Of a stretch of 64,000 nucleotides of DNA, positions 1-14,025 are shown piece after piece. Origin of the DNA: Chrysomallon squamiferum (lineage: Eukaryota; Animalia; Mollusca). Positions within the stretch are counted from its first letter, which is position 1. Each line of letters starts with the position of its first letter. A program made the translations under genes and the position numbers. The stretch is from positions 44,578,001 through 44,642,000 of the forward strand of contig CM022665.1 in the NCBI GenBank assembly GCA_012295275.1, in the 5' to 3' direction. Below the pieces are notes generated by a model, which was not told where the DNA came from, ran no database searches, and saw only the letters and a program-made list of their open reading frames with translations.

Positions 1-103
<103 letters not shown>

Positions 104-159
104 ATGTGAACTGTGAAAAGACAATTCTGTAACTGACAGCAAAAGATTTTATTCAGCTA

Positions 160-300
160 AGTCACTCCCACAGACATTAAAACACATACCATGGCCTTTC
201 TTTATATATTAGTACTCTCAGTGGTTGTAACAGGAAATAACCCAGTGGACACACCATCAAGGATTGAACCTGTAACCTTTGAGACATCGATCTCTGAGTT
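160..300 (-). mobile_element. Degraded tRNA-derived SINE relic
   Basis: B-box-like GGTTCAATCC on minus strand (about 261-270); reverse complement of 223-252 matches 55129-55158 at 26/30. Confidence 0.5.
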
Positions 301-662
301 ACGTATATTGATGAGTTATTGCACCAACTTTCATTCATACAAAAATGTATCTAAATTAAACCTGGCTGTCACATTTATCTGGCCATAAAAGGTGGCCAAT
401 TTCTTGGCATAAAGGTGGCCCTTACCTGGCAAAAAAATGGCCCCAATATGGCATAAATGTGGCCCTCATTTGGCCCAGATACATGTGCTAGCTGGGCAAT
501 CATTATTTTAGTTTCTCTTCAAGCATCTGTTATTATTTAAGTGTATCAGAATAACTCCAATATTATGCTCACTGCAGGCTGAACCACAATTCTGACGTTA
601 TTGTCACTGGGTGTAACCTTTAACATTTTGTTTTATGTTTTATTTAATTATACATAAATGTG

Positions 663-730
<68 letters not shown>

Positions 731-1789
731 CAGGCTGTCAGAAATATTACCATGAAAAATACAGGTGTGATAATCTATTCCTTCTGCAGTGATAATGTGC
801 ACATCAGAAGGTTGACACTGCTGCTGTTGCTTGAGCTGTTTCAGCATGGATGTTGTGACAGGTGTCACTGTCGTTACTGAGTTTGACACAAACGTGTCAC
901 CAAACTGTTATTAATTATGTCTGGTCCTGAAGAAATTAATAAAAAAAAAAAAAAACTAGCTGGTCATATTTTAGACATTTTTGAAAAATGAACATCCAGA
1001 TTAACAGGTTGGATGCCTCTGTGTTTTGAACTGTTTTGTTATAAGTGTCACAAATGTTACTGAGTTTGTTACAGATGTGTCACCAAACCATTATTAACCA
1101 TTATGTCTGGTTCTTAAAAAAAAAAAAACACACACACAAACTAACTTGTCGTATTTTTAGATATTTTGAAAAAAACAAAACACACACACAAAGTCCCCTT
1201 TTTCCTCTTTCTAAAACTTCCAGACAATCCTTTTGTAAGCTCTTTATGACATCACTTTTAAAGCCTTGATTATTTACTGTTTATTTATTTCCACTTTCAC
1301 TTGCACTTGAATAAAATATAACATAAACCCAAAGCGAAAATCTTTAAAAAAAAAAAATGGGTCAAAGTCATATTTTCACAATAAATTCAGGTTGCCAGAC
1401 ATTTCCAGTAAAATCCTTGACAAGTAAGCTAACCAGGATGAAAACTGTTTTCTTTGGTAATTAGCCAGTATCTGACTTGCTAAGCATCACCAAGAATGAT
1501 TTATATTTTTTTTTTGTTTGCTGGGGATTTTTTTTTAAAAATAGTCTTATTCCATGTCGGTGGGAAATAAAAATTGCCAGAAGTCCAGACAAAAATTGAT
1601 CATGTTTTGAGGTGAAGTATTGTGTTAAGGAGATTTTTATCTTTATGGCTGCAACAGGCCTATAATGGGCTGTGATTTGATTTGCAGGATTGTAGATGAT
1701 GATGAATCATCTTGTTTATGAAGATATAAGATTGTAAGCAATTAAGCGACCAAAATCTGAACCGTTTTTTCTCTTGGTCATGTGCAGCC

Positions 1790-2195
1790 ATTCTAGCCAT
1801 TCTAGAGATGATTGAACAGTTATATCAGAGTCGAGAAATCATTTAAAAGTCATGAATTGTTGTTTTTAGAGTTGGTTAACAGTCGTTCTAAAGTCATGAA
1901 TGATCTTTCTAGAGACGTAATCAGTCATTCTAGAGTTAGTAAACAATCATTATACAGTGAATGTGAACTCATTCAAAAATGAATGAATGATCATTCTAGA
2001 TTCATCAAACAATCATTTTAGAGTCAACAATCATTCTAAATTCAGTGAACAATCATTTTAGAGTCAACAATCATTTTGAAGTCAGTGAACAATCATTCTA
2101 GAGTCAACAATCATTCTAAAGTCATTAACATTTATTCTAGAGATCAATGAACAATCATTCAAGAATCATGAACAACAGTCAATGAACAATCATCA
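1790..2195. repeat. Degenerate about 20-bp tandem repeat (AACAATCATTCTAGAGTC-like)
   Basis: Repeated AATCATT(C/T)TA(G/A)AGTCA units. Confidence 0.75.
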
Positions 2196-2597
2196 CAATG
2201 TTTTTGTTGTTGTTTTTTCCTCACCTGGTCACATTTTCAATGTGTCAATGAAAAGAAAAGCCAAGCAAAGCAAAAAAAACCTAAAAAAAACCCCATCTGA
2301 CCACAATGCACTAACTCTGGACTTGAACAAATACTGCTACAGGATTATCACCTAAGCTGTCTTCTCTGTGAATCTTTTTTTTTTTTAGCCGCGACCCTCA
2401 AACGTGATGTTTGTCTTTCAGATACTGCTTTTCTTTTTCTTTTTTTTGTATTCTGTGTTTGTGGTTTCCACCATTGCTTGGATGGGTCCCTAGTTTTGTA
2501 GCTGATGTGACCAGCTTGCTGTAAGGTGTCTGATGTTGATGATGATGTTGTTTAAACTGACTGATAACAGTTCATTTACACAGGTTGTCCAGATGCT

Positions 2598-2938
2598 AGG
2601 TGTAGAGAGGTTGTGTGTATAGAGGTTGTGTATAGAGGTTGTGTGTAGAGGTTGTGTAGAGAGGTTGTGTGTAGAGTTGTGTATAGAGGTTGTGTATAGA
2701 GGTTATGTAGAGAGGTGGTGTATAGAGGTTGTGTATAGAGGTTATGTAGAGAGGTTGTGTATAGAGGTTGTGTGTAGAGTTGTGTATAGAGGTTGTGTAT
2801 AGAGGTTATGTAGAGAGGTTGTGTATAGAGGTTGTGTATAGAGGTTGTGTAGAGAGGTTTTGTATAGAGGTTGTGTAGAGAGGTTGCGTATAGAGGTTGT
2901 GTATAGAGGTTTTGCGTAGAGAGGTTGTGTGTAGAGAG
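2598..2938. repeat. Minisatellite, 11-13 bp unit (TAGAGGTTGTGTA)
   Basis: Direct reading; source of the spurious 147-aa ORF 2576-3019. Confidence 0.9.
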
Positions 2939-3412
2939 AGAAAGACCTGTGGGAAAGTAGGGTGGAAAAAAAAGAAGAAAAGAGTTAATAATAATAGTAG
3001 TAATAATAATACAATGCATGGCTTTTATTGATAATAATAATAGTATTTGATTACGATTTGTTTTTAATTAATAGAAATTTTTATTGTTATTATTATTGTT
3101 GTTGTTGTTGTTGTTATGGGTATTATTATTATTGTTATTGTTATTGTATTTTTATTATTGCTATTATTATTATTATTATTACAATTATTTTTATTACAGT
3201 TATTGTTAGTATTGCAATTATTATTTAAAGTTATTGTTATTATTATTATTATTATTATATTATTGTTATCATTATCATCATCATCACAATATCATTTTCA
3301 TTATGTTTCTGTGTTCTGAACAAATGAACAAATAAAAGAATATGAGTTAAATGCAACATCATACATTTCAATGTTCACATATCTTAAACGTTACTTATGT
3401 GTTTCTTGCATC

Positions 3413-3475
<63 letters not shown>

Positions 3476-4234
3476 TCAGAAGCAAAAATAACATACACAA
3501 CTACATGGACTAACCCTTAGCAACTGGCAAGAAATATTTCCTAATAATTCTCTTCAAACATGTTAGTTTTACTCTTATAAACTGAACTTGTTTTTAAAAA
3601 CATCTATTGAATTCATAAATCAAAAACTTCAAAAACAGCGCTTATATGTTCTTGTTTTTTTTCTGGTGAATTTGTTGGTAACTTGCCATAAATAATGTAA
3701 ATATTTAACTACAAAAGAAGAAGAAGAAGAAAAACTTGCAAGAAACAATGACAAGAAACACACTTTGAAGACCCTCCTCCCCAAAAAAAAACCCCCCATA
3801 AAAACATCTATTTTTCTTTTACCTAAAGAGAACACAAATATAATAACATTATTGTAGAGGTTAGGTGCGTCAGTATCATAAATTACCATCTATCCCATTA
3901 ATAATCTCTAAAGACAAATAACTTAAACAAAACAAGTTTGATAGTTTCAGAACCTTTTGGCCTTCAGCTGTGACTCAGTTTGTTAAGTTAATTTCAGCGT
4001 GCAGGTGTTTGCGAGAACAAAACGGTTTCAGGATTGTTATGAAACGCAAATTACTGAACTGTTAATTACAGGTGTGTGGGTTTTGACTCTGTGCCAGAGT
4101 TGTTTGACTTTCAGGCTTCTTTAGAAGCCTTTAATTTGTATTTTAGTGACCATCAGTTTTCATCATGTTTGATATATCCACATCAAAAATTTCAACACAA
4201 GAAAATCATTGGATTGTCTCTTTCCTTTTCTTTC

Positions 4235-5057
4235 ATATTTCTAATGACAGATTTGTGTATAAATATTTAATAGTTTAAGGGGTTAACTAAAAAAAAAAAT
4301 CTGTGATGATCAGCATGTATTTCTCATGATAGATTTGTAAACAAATATCACATTGAGGATCAGTGTATTTCTAATGATAGAATATACAAAACTATTTAGC
4401 AGTGAAATGGTTAACCAAAAGAATTTGCAAAAAATCAGTGTATATTTCTAATGATAAATTGTACACAAATTGTTAGCTAATAGAATGCATGATGATCAGC
4501 GTGCATTTCTCATGATAGGTTTGTAAACAAATATTTAGCAGTGAAATGGTTAGCTAAAAGTATTCGCAAAGATCACTATGTATTTTCTATTGATAAATAT
4601 TTACCAGTGAAGATCACTATGTATTTTCTATTGATAAATATTTACCAGTGAAGGGGTTAACCAAAATAGTACTCAATGACCAGTGTGCTACTATTTCTGA
4701 TGACTGATTTGTACACAGATGTTTAGCAGTGAAGGGGTTAACTGAAAGAATTCACTGTCCTCTGTTTCTAATGATGGATCTGTACACAGATGTTTAGCAG
4801 TGAAGGGGTTAACTGAAAGAATTCAGCGTCCTCTGTTTCTAATGATAGATCTGTACACAGATGTTTAGCAGTGAAGGGGTTAACTGAAAGAATTCAGCGT
4901 CCTCTGTTTCTAATGATAGATTTGTGCACAGATATTTAGCAGTGAAGGGGTTAACCTAAATGAACTGTGATAATCAGTGCATTTCTAATGATAGATTTGT
5001 ACACAGATGTTTAGCAGTGAAGGGGTTAACTGAAAGAATTCAGCGTCCTCTGTTTCA
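4235..5057. repeat. 71-bp tandem repeat
   Basis: GTACACAGATGTTTAGCAGTGAAGGGGTTAAC recurs at 4711, 4782, 4853; more degenerate copies upstream. Confidence 0.9.
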
Positions 5058-5209
5058 GGCGATAACCTGCCGGCATGTAAACATTGTTCCCAACAGACAA
5101 ACAGCCAGAACAAACTGTTTGTGTTTGACGACAACGCTTGTGTTTGTTGTGCCTGTGTTGCTAAAACACGTTACCACTCATTCTGAGTGTTCCGCTAAGA
5201 CCTCAAAGA

Positions 5210-6500
5210 CCCACTTACCAGTCGTTGAATCACCCACTTACCAGTCGTTGAATCACCCACTTACCAGTCGTTGAATCACCCACTTACCAGTCGTTGAATT
5301 ACCCACTTACCAGTCGTTGAATTACCCACTTACCAGTCGTTGAATTACCCACTTACCAGTCGTTGAATTACCCACTTACCAGTCGTTGAATTACCCACTT
5401 ACCAGTCGTTGAATTACCCACTTACCAGTCGTTGAATTACCCACTAACCAGTCGTTGAATTACCCACTAACCAATCATTGAATTACCCACTTACCAATCA
5501 TTGAATTACCCACTAACCAATCATTGAATTACCCACTTACCAATCGTTGAATTACCCACTTACCAGTCGTTGAATTACCCACTTACCAGTCGTTGAATTA
5601 CCCACTTACCAGTCGTTGAATTACCCACTAACCAATCATTGAATTACCCACTAACCAGTTGTTGAATTACCCACTTACCAGTCGTTGAATTACCCACTTA
5701 CCAGTCGTTGAATTACCCACTAACCAATCACTGAATTACCCACTAACCAGTTGTTGAATTACCCACTTACCAGTCGTTGAATTACCCACTTACCAGTCGT
5801 TGAATTACCCACTAACCAATCACTGAATTACCCACTAACCAGTTGTTGAATTACCCACTTACCAGTTGTTGAATTACCCACTAACCAATCATTGAATTAC
5901 CCACTTACCAGTTGTTGAATTACCCACTTACCAGTTGTTGAATTACCCACTAACCAATCATTGAATTACCCACTAACCAGTTGTTGAATTACCCACTTAC
6001 CAGTCGTTGAATTACCCACTTACCAGTCGTTGAAATTACCACGTTGAAACCTTATAAATCACTGAATTACCCACTAACCAGTTGTTGAATTACCCACTTA
6101 CCAGTTGTTGAATTACCCACTAACCAATCATTGAATTACCCGTTTATCAATCATTGAATTACCCACTTACCAAACACTCAGTTATCTACTTACAAATCAC
6201 TGAATTACCAACTTAGCAAACACTAAATCAAACACATACAAACCTTGGAATTACCCACATACCAATCAATGAATTATACAAACTTACATATCATTGAATT
6301 ACCAACTTACCAATCAGCATATTAAACACTTAGCAACTACCTAATTACCCACTTACTTATCATTGAATTACCAGTTTACCAACATCATATTGAACACTTC
6401 TCAGACACTCAATTACCCACTTATCAATCATTGAATTACCCACTTACAAATTATTGAATTACCCACCTATCTGTTAGTTTCCCATTTACCAATCATTCAG
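5210..6500. repeat. 23-bp minisatellite (CCCACTTACCAGTCGTTGAATTA)
   Basis: About 36 near-perfect head-to-tail copies to about 6035, then decaying; no spacers. Confidence 0.95.
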
Positions 6501-6533
<33 letters not shown>

Positions 6534-8131
6534 TGGTAATATCTGTCACAGTTTTTAATTCCATTTTTGTTATTTACTTCATGTTGGCTATGTAAGTTTA
6601 ATGTTAATTCATTATAAAATCCAGTAACCGATTTTTCTTTACAACTTTTGTTAAATTCCACCTGCAAGCTACCTGTACAGGTTAATCAATTCCAGAGCCT
6701 CTGAAAGGGAATGTACCTGTAAACACCTGAAATACTCGTATACAGAATTTTAACCCTGACTTAGAATCATTCATTGATAAAACACAATAAGAAAAGATAT
6801 TAGAAGAATGTGTGTGGGAGAGAAAGAGAAAAAGAGATCAATCGTTTAAACATTTTATTGGTACCTGATAATATACCTGTGTTACCTGGATAAGGTGCGC
6901 CGTGCCCCAGGTAAATGTCAGCATACTTAACATATTATAATATATGAAAGGTAAATAATGCTAATCGTGTTACCTGTGCATTTGAAAAGAGAAAAAAACT
7001 TCAAAGGAAATAATTTTATTTATTAGAATTAAACCAAGCTTATTGGTCGCGCATTAGTAAATTGTGCATTGAAGCTGAACAAATATTTTTTTTTATTATT
7101 ATATTAAAAAAAATTGTTTGTTTATGCTTGGCTGAACTGATACTCTCTATAAGCAATTAAAATTATTTAAATCCTTTTAAATAAAGTATAAAACTGTTTT
7201 ATTTTTTTGTTAAAAATAAATTTATAAGCAGGTGTCAAATATTTATTGAATGCGTTCTGTTTAATCATAGGAATATAAAACAAAATTTGTTTACAACTAA
7301 TAAATACCTTAGTTTATGCAAAAACAAACAAACAAACAGACAAATAGAAAAATAATTATAAATTAAAATTAAAATAAAAACAAACAACAACAGCAACAGC
7401 AACATCAACAATAACATAAAAAAAGTGTGCCTGGTTTAGTAACTTGTCTATATACTTTAGGTTGATATTTCAGAATGTAACCATTATAAAATTATAAAAG
7501 TATTTATTGTATATTTAATTTTCAACATAGTATCAGTTACATAACATTGTGTTATTGAAGAATGTATTCAGAACTATGTAGTATAAGATATTCGTTGTAT
7601 GTAACCAGTGGAAAATATTTTGGTATTTCATAATCATAAATAATAGTAATAAAATGACAACAACAGCAATAAATAAATAAATAAACAAGTTTTTTTTATT
7701 ATATCTGATATTTTTACAAGCAATAATATTGCAGTAATTAAAAAATCATTATTTATTTATTTACTTATTTATTTATTTATTTACTTACTTATTTACTTTA
7801 TTTATTTACTTTATTGATTTATTTACATTTTATTTGGTTATTTATTTATTTACTTGTTTATTTATTTATTTATTAAGATATTTATTTATTTATTTATTTG
7901 GTTATTTATTTATTTATTTATTTAATTATTTATTTATTTATTTGGTTATTTATTTATTTACATATTTATTTATTTATTTATATTCATTTTTATTTATATT
8001 TGTTTTTAAATCTTAAAACAACTTTTACTTCAGATATTTCATTATCACAAAACAAAAATTACGAACATTCTACATATACTGGTTTGTTTGTTTGTTTGTT
8101 TATTTATTTGTTTATTTGTTTATTTGTTTGT

Positions 8132-8166
<35 letters not shown>

Positions 8167-8334
8167 TTTTGTTATTTAATTATTTATTTATTTATATTTA
8201 TTTTTATTTATATTTGTTTTTAAATCTTAAATCTTTTTAAATCTTGTTTGTTTGTTTATTTGTTTATTTGTTTGTTTGTTTGTTTATTTGTTTGTTTATT
8301 TGTTTGTTTATTTGTTTATTTGTTTACCTTTCAG

Positions 8335-8600
8335 CTGTGGGTGATTTGAAGCAGTTCAGTTCGATACAGGACCATCATGTCGCCAAACACGGCTACGACA
8401 GCCACATGTTCACCCAAGACGAGCGGCCGCACTGCATCAAAAACCTCTACAGCATCGCTGACGTCACTCCGTCCAAGATCCTGCGTGGCGCCGATGCTTT
8501 CAGGAAGGACGGCTTGTACACGTCGAACCTGTTCAAACTGTGGCCGGTGGTGATGAACGAGCCAAAAGTGAAAACACCGGACCTCAGCTTCTGTCGCAGG
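8335..8600 (+). CDS. NHS: NHS/GUKH-like exon (WAVE-homology domain, C-terminal half)
   Basis: ctttcag|CTGTG...CGCAGG|gtgagt; GC-rich island encoding VGDLKQFSSIQDHH...SFCRR. Confidence 0.85.
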
Positions 8601-9239
8601 GTGAGTAGTAAACAGCAAGTGTGTTTATTTATGAGTGCATGTGTAATACTGTGTGTATGTAAATATAAATATACATATAAATATATATTATATTAAACCT
8701 GAATAAGCAAGTCTGTCTGTGTGTATTTATGAGTGCATGTGTAATATTGTGTGTATTTATGAGTGCATGTGTAATACTGTGTATATATAACACACATAAA
8801 TATATAATATATGAAACAAGGGTAAGCAAGCCTGTGTATTTATGAGTGCATGTGTAATACTGTGTATATGTAACACATATAAATATATAATATATGAAAC
8901 AAGGGTTAGTAATAAACAGCAAGTATGTGTATTTATGAGTGCATGTGTAATATTGTGTATATGTAACACATAAATATATAATATATGAAACTAGGGTGAT
9001 AAATAATTATTATGTGTGTGTATTTATGAGGTCATGTGTAATATTGCATATATAAATATATAATATATGAAACAAAGGTGAGTAATAAAAAGGCTGTATA
9101 TGTTTATTTACAAGTGCAGGAATAATACTGTGTTCATGTAACATATATAAAGATATATATAACAGATGAAACAAGGATGTGTGTCTATTTATGAGAGCAT
9201 ACATACATATATACATACATACATACATTATTACATTAT

Positions 9240-9295
<56 letters not shown>

Positions 9296-9353
9296 AACTT
9301 TTTATATAAAACATATAAATACATATACTTAGCAATGTAATAATTATACTGTA

Positions 9354-9396
<43 letters not shown>

Positions 9397-12300
9397 TCTG
9401 TCAGTATTTGTATTTTGGTTGTGTGTTTTATGTGTATACTAAATTAAAAGTAATTTGAACTTCTAGCACTGTTGAATGTAAGATATGTAGCATACTTACA
9501 TACCTGTTTTATCACCACTAATAAAAACTTTTATTTAGAAACCACAAAAACCAACTATAAACTATATATGTAACAAAACACAAATACTTCTACATGTTTA
9601 GTAAACTTTGTTAATAAAACCTTGTATTCAGCAATCCGTATTGAATACTGAATGTATTTCCCAGGCAGTTGAAGTAAAGTTAAAATATGTGGCCTTGAAT
9701 CATGAGTTGAAATATGAGTTTTTATGATTCTGACTCGGTGCAGACTTGCTTAACCTTTGGTTTACTGAGAGTTTGAACATGAACAACTCACACTTTGTCT
9801 CTGGCAGTTCTAGAGTTCAGTTAGATCAGTCATTTGATACCCTCCTCCAACCCAATTATATCTAGTTAAATCTCTCAGTTTTTAGTGGACTGATGCGTAC
9901 ATTAAAGATTTTCTAGAAATAAATATAATTAGGAGGTTAAACTTCATTGTTCTTTTGATTCAAAATAAATGAATTAATTAATTAAAAAAAAAAAAAATAA
10001 TAAATAATACAAAATTTATATTTTGTCTTTCTCATATGAATATACTGTTACTGCTGTCCATTGGAAGGTGTATAAATATAAAAATCCTTTGCTACTGATT
10101 AATAATAGTAGTCCACTGAGATTCAGAATTTGTTATATATGAAAACTTAATTATAATGACAGCAAAATAATGATTAATATTATGTGCTGTGTTACAGCAA
10201 GTACATTTTTTTAAATTAATAATCATAACCATTATTATTTAGATTCTACCACTGTCCGACATTTGCAAAGGGAATATATTAAATTCTTGATATTTTGTGT
10301 CACAGACAGTGCTCTAAGATTGTTGTATAAAAGATGATGGCATGTCCTGACATGAGTTTGAGAAAGTGCATTTAAAATAACCATTGCTATTAATACAAAA
10401 AAAATCAAGGAATATATTCTATTTAAAAATGTATATCGAAATGTTTGCAATCTAATAGTTGATGATAGAGAATAGTATACTTCAGTTAAAAAGATGTAAA
10501 ATGAATATTCACAGGATTAATTTTACAATAAAAAAATGATGGAATACTTTTTTAGGAAAGTGATATACTTGTTATAATACAAAAATACTGTGAATTTATT
10601 CTGTTTAAAAAATAGAATTATGAGTGAAATGTATGAGAAAGAATTGATTTGGAAAATAGTATATTCTAGTGATAAAAATAAGCTATGTAAAATAAAATTC
10701 CCAGTGGTATATAACAAATAACAAAAAAACCATAAGAATTGCAAAAATAAATTGTTTAATAACAAAAACACATTAACAGAATTAAAAAAAAATGTTTGAA
10801 AACAGTAGCTGATCATAGAAATCTGCCAGTGATATACAGTAGATATCCTCCAGTGCTATAATTAAATATAATAAAATATTATGGTATGTGCTGTCGGGCA
10901 TTTAGGAAAGTGCAAATAACTTAACCTTTGCTACTAATAACAAAAAAAACATCAGAATTTTAAATAAAATGTTTGACATACATACATACATACAGAAATC
11001 TGCCAGTGATATACAGAGGATATTCACCAGTGGCTATAATTAAATATAATAAAATATTATGGTATGTGCTGTGGGGCATTTAGGAAAGTGCAAATAATAT
11101 AACCCTTGCTATTAATAACAAAAAAAAAAAACATCAGAATTTTAAATAAAATGTTTGACATACAGTAGCTGATGACAGAAAACTGTCAGTGATATACAGT
11201 GAATATTCACCAGTGGTATAATTAAATTAAACAACCGTTGTCTGTTGTATAAGCGAAGACCTTGGGCTGTGTGTGTCTGATGTAAGCAGCAGACACTTGA
11301 ACTGTGGAGATTAGATCTAACAACTCAGAGAATGTTCCTGTTACAGCTCTATCTTGATGTAAAATGATTTATGAGAAAATTTTCCATTTTTGACTTGGAC
11401 TGTTGAAGTTGGTTTCATTTAATGAAATCACTGTGGTTCAGTGATTCCATTTTTGTCTTTAACTATTAGATGATATTAGACAAGCAGTTTGTCTATTCAA
11501 TGATATTGCTACAGTGGACTAATTTTTGTTCAGTATTAGATGACAAATGTCTGGTAATTTAGACAAGCAATCTATGGAGAGAAAGTTTATTTTAATTTTT
11601 ATGATTACTAGAAAATGCTGATTAATTTTCTATCATTAGCAAATTAGATTTTCCAACATTTGGAAATTTGACACAGAGTCTTCAATGAAACCATATATTT
11701 TATATATATATATATATATATTTGTAAATATTACTTAGTACATTTTTTTGTTTATTTAAAATTCTTTAAATAACATTGATTTTGTAGTTCATTAGCTAAA
11801 ATACTGTAAGATATAAATGTGAAATTAGCATATGTCCATCATTTTTTAAAATCCAATAATAACACAGTGATTTTTTAACTGTTTTTTTTTAATCATTTAA
11901 TAAAAAAACAAAAGAAAACTCACAGAAACTTCTGCATTTTATATTAAACATTTACTAATCGTGGTTTCTATTTTTCTTTTGTTTTCAGGGTAAAAGAATT
12001 CTGATATTGAGAAATGGATTCAGAAAACCAAGGCAGCCATCTTTGGACCGACCACGAACCTTTCACGAACTGGACACCGACAGCAACAAAACAGCAGCAG
12101 AAGCAGAAGCAGAAGAAGAACAAAACCACCTCTCCAAGTCTCAGCCCTCCATTTTTGTTCCCATCGATACGTCAGGCACGGCATTTAGGAGAATGTGCTC
12201 CTTCAGACAGTCTCTGCAGAGCTCCAGACTGGAGGAATACAAGAAGAGAAGAAGAACGGTGTCTGGAGTTCCCGACAACATCATGCAGGAGATTGCCCAG

Positions 12301-13968
12301 TTTGAAAAGCAGCGCAGAAACATGATGTCATCATCGCGGAACCGCAGTCAGCCGAGGACATACAGCTTTGACGACCTCGATGCTGAAGACGATGGAGTTG
12401 TCAGGGACGATGTCCTGGCTCGCTTCTTCGATGAAATCGACGCCAAGTTCGAAGAGCGACTGGAACAAGAAGCGTCGCACAAAGAGCCAAAGATTCTGAA
12501 ATTCCTTCCTTGCAGGCGGTCAAGGTCTTTACCAAGGTGTGTGAAGTCTTCGTACAAACTGTCGTCGACGACAACACCGCCTCACGAACAGTACTGTCCC
12601 AGCGTGGGGGCTCTGGGATGCAGCTACGCCAGCAGCCTCAGCCTGTCTAGCAGCACAGGGTCGAGGCCATCGTCGCGGTCGTTGTCCAAACGATCCAGCA
12701 TCATCAGCAACAGAATCAAGAGCTTCGTGACGACGAGGTCAAGCAAGTCGCAGAAGCAGACGCGCCCAAGTCTCTGGACTTCGACTCCGTCGACCTCCTG
12801 CCGGAACCCGATACCTCGCAGCTGGACAGGATGACCTCTCCCAGCATGCCGAGCGGCATGGAGGCAACGAGATCGTCGCACGACAGCGTGGTCGGCCCAG
12901 GGACGTACTACTACTTTGAGAGCAACACTGTGCCGAGGGCGCACGCGAAGAAGTACAATTTCCCGTGGGAAAGTCTGCCCAAGGACTGGACGACGTCAGT
13001 GAAGCTGAGAGAGATTTCGAAGAGAAAGTCGACGGATGAGAGAAATTCATCTTCAGGTGAGTTTTTTTTACCATTTTAAAAAAAATTAAAAAATTTTTAA
13101 TTATTTAAATTCATCTTCAGGTGAGTTTTTTTACCATTTAATAAAATTTTTTATTTATTTAAGTTCATCTTTTGGTGAGTTTTTGTACCGTTTTTAATAA
13201 ATTTTTAAATTATTTAAATTCATCTTCAGGTGAGTTTTTTTACCATTTAAAAACAAAAAAAAAATTAAATTATTTATTAAATTCATCTTCATATACCAGT
13301 CAATTTTGTACCATACAAAATGTTGTGGAATGTAGTCTGTCCAATGTTTTAAGGAAGGTTCATTTTTTTTTAATTACCAATTAAATATCCTATGCAGGTT
13401 AGTTCATTTTTTTTTCTCACTTGTATCATGATTATTAAAAAAAATATATAATGTTTTGGGATTTCTAAGGACTGATTTGAAAATGAGTGTTGCTGCTTTT
13501 AAGTATATTTATTAAATTTTTGAAAGTGATGAAATATTTGTTGGCACTAAGGTTAATTTGCAAAGCTGTCTGTTATTTCACTTTGTACCTGTGTCATATG
13601 AGTAATATGTCATGGAACAGATTTTAAATTTTTTTTTTTCTCTCTTTTTTTTTTTTAGTGTTATTGACATATTGATTCAAGTGTCACTTTTTCTTACTTT
13701 CCTTTGAACTAAACTAACATAAATCAGATTACATGCTTTTGGAAATTATGCTGTTATGATTTGGTAGCCCGTGTTACCAGATCCAAAAATGGGGAAAAAT
13801 GTTTTTTTTTAATATATAAAAGTTTTTGAAAATTGTAAAATTTTGGCACAAGATCTTCTCAGTGAGTTGCATTTTATTATTATTATTTTTATTACTATTA
13901 TTGTTATTATTATTATTATTGTTGTTGTTGTTGTTATTGTGGTTGTGGATGCTGTTGTTATTTTTTTA

Positions 13969-14025
<57 letters not shown>

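Noticed and set aside
360-500. Possible 3' end of a CMC/EnSpm-type element (GGTGGCC repeats ending GTGCTAGCTGGG)
   Set aside because: No convincing matching left terminus or TSD in the window
2576-3319. ORFs of 66-147 aa (LYTQPLYTT, poly-I/Y)
   Set aside because: Translations of minisatellite and (ATT)n repeats
3955-4110. AP-1 (TGACTCA) plus E-boxes as an enhancer
   Set aside because: A few short motifs only; not distinguishable from chance without conservation data
5210-6500. CRISPR-like array
   Set aside because: Units are head-to-tail with no unique spacers, no cas genes, eukaryotic context
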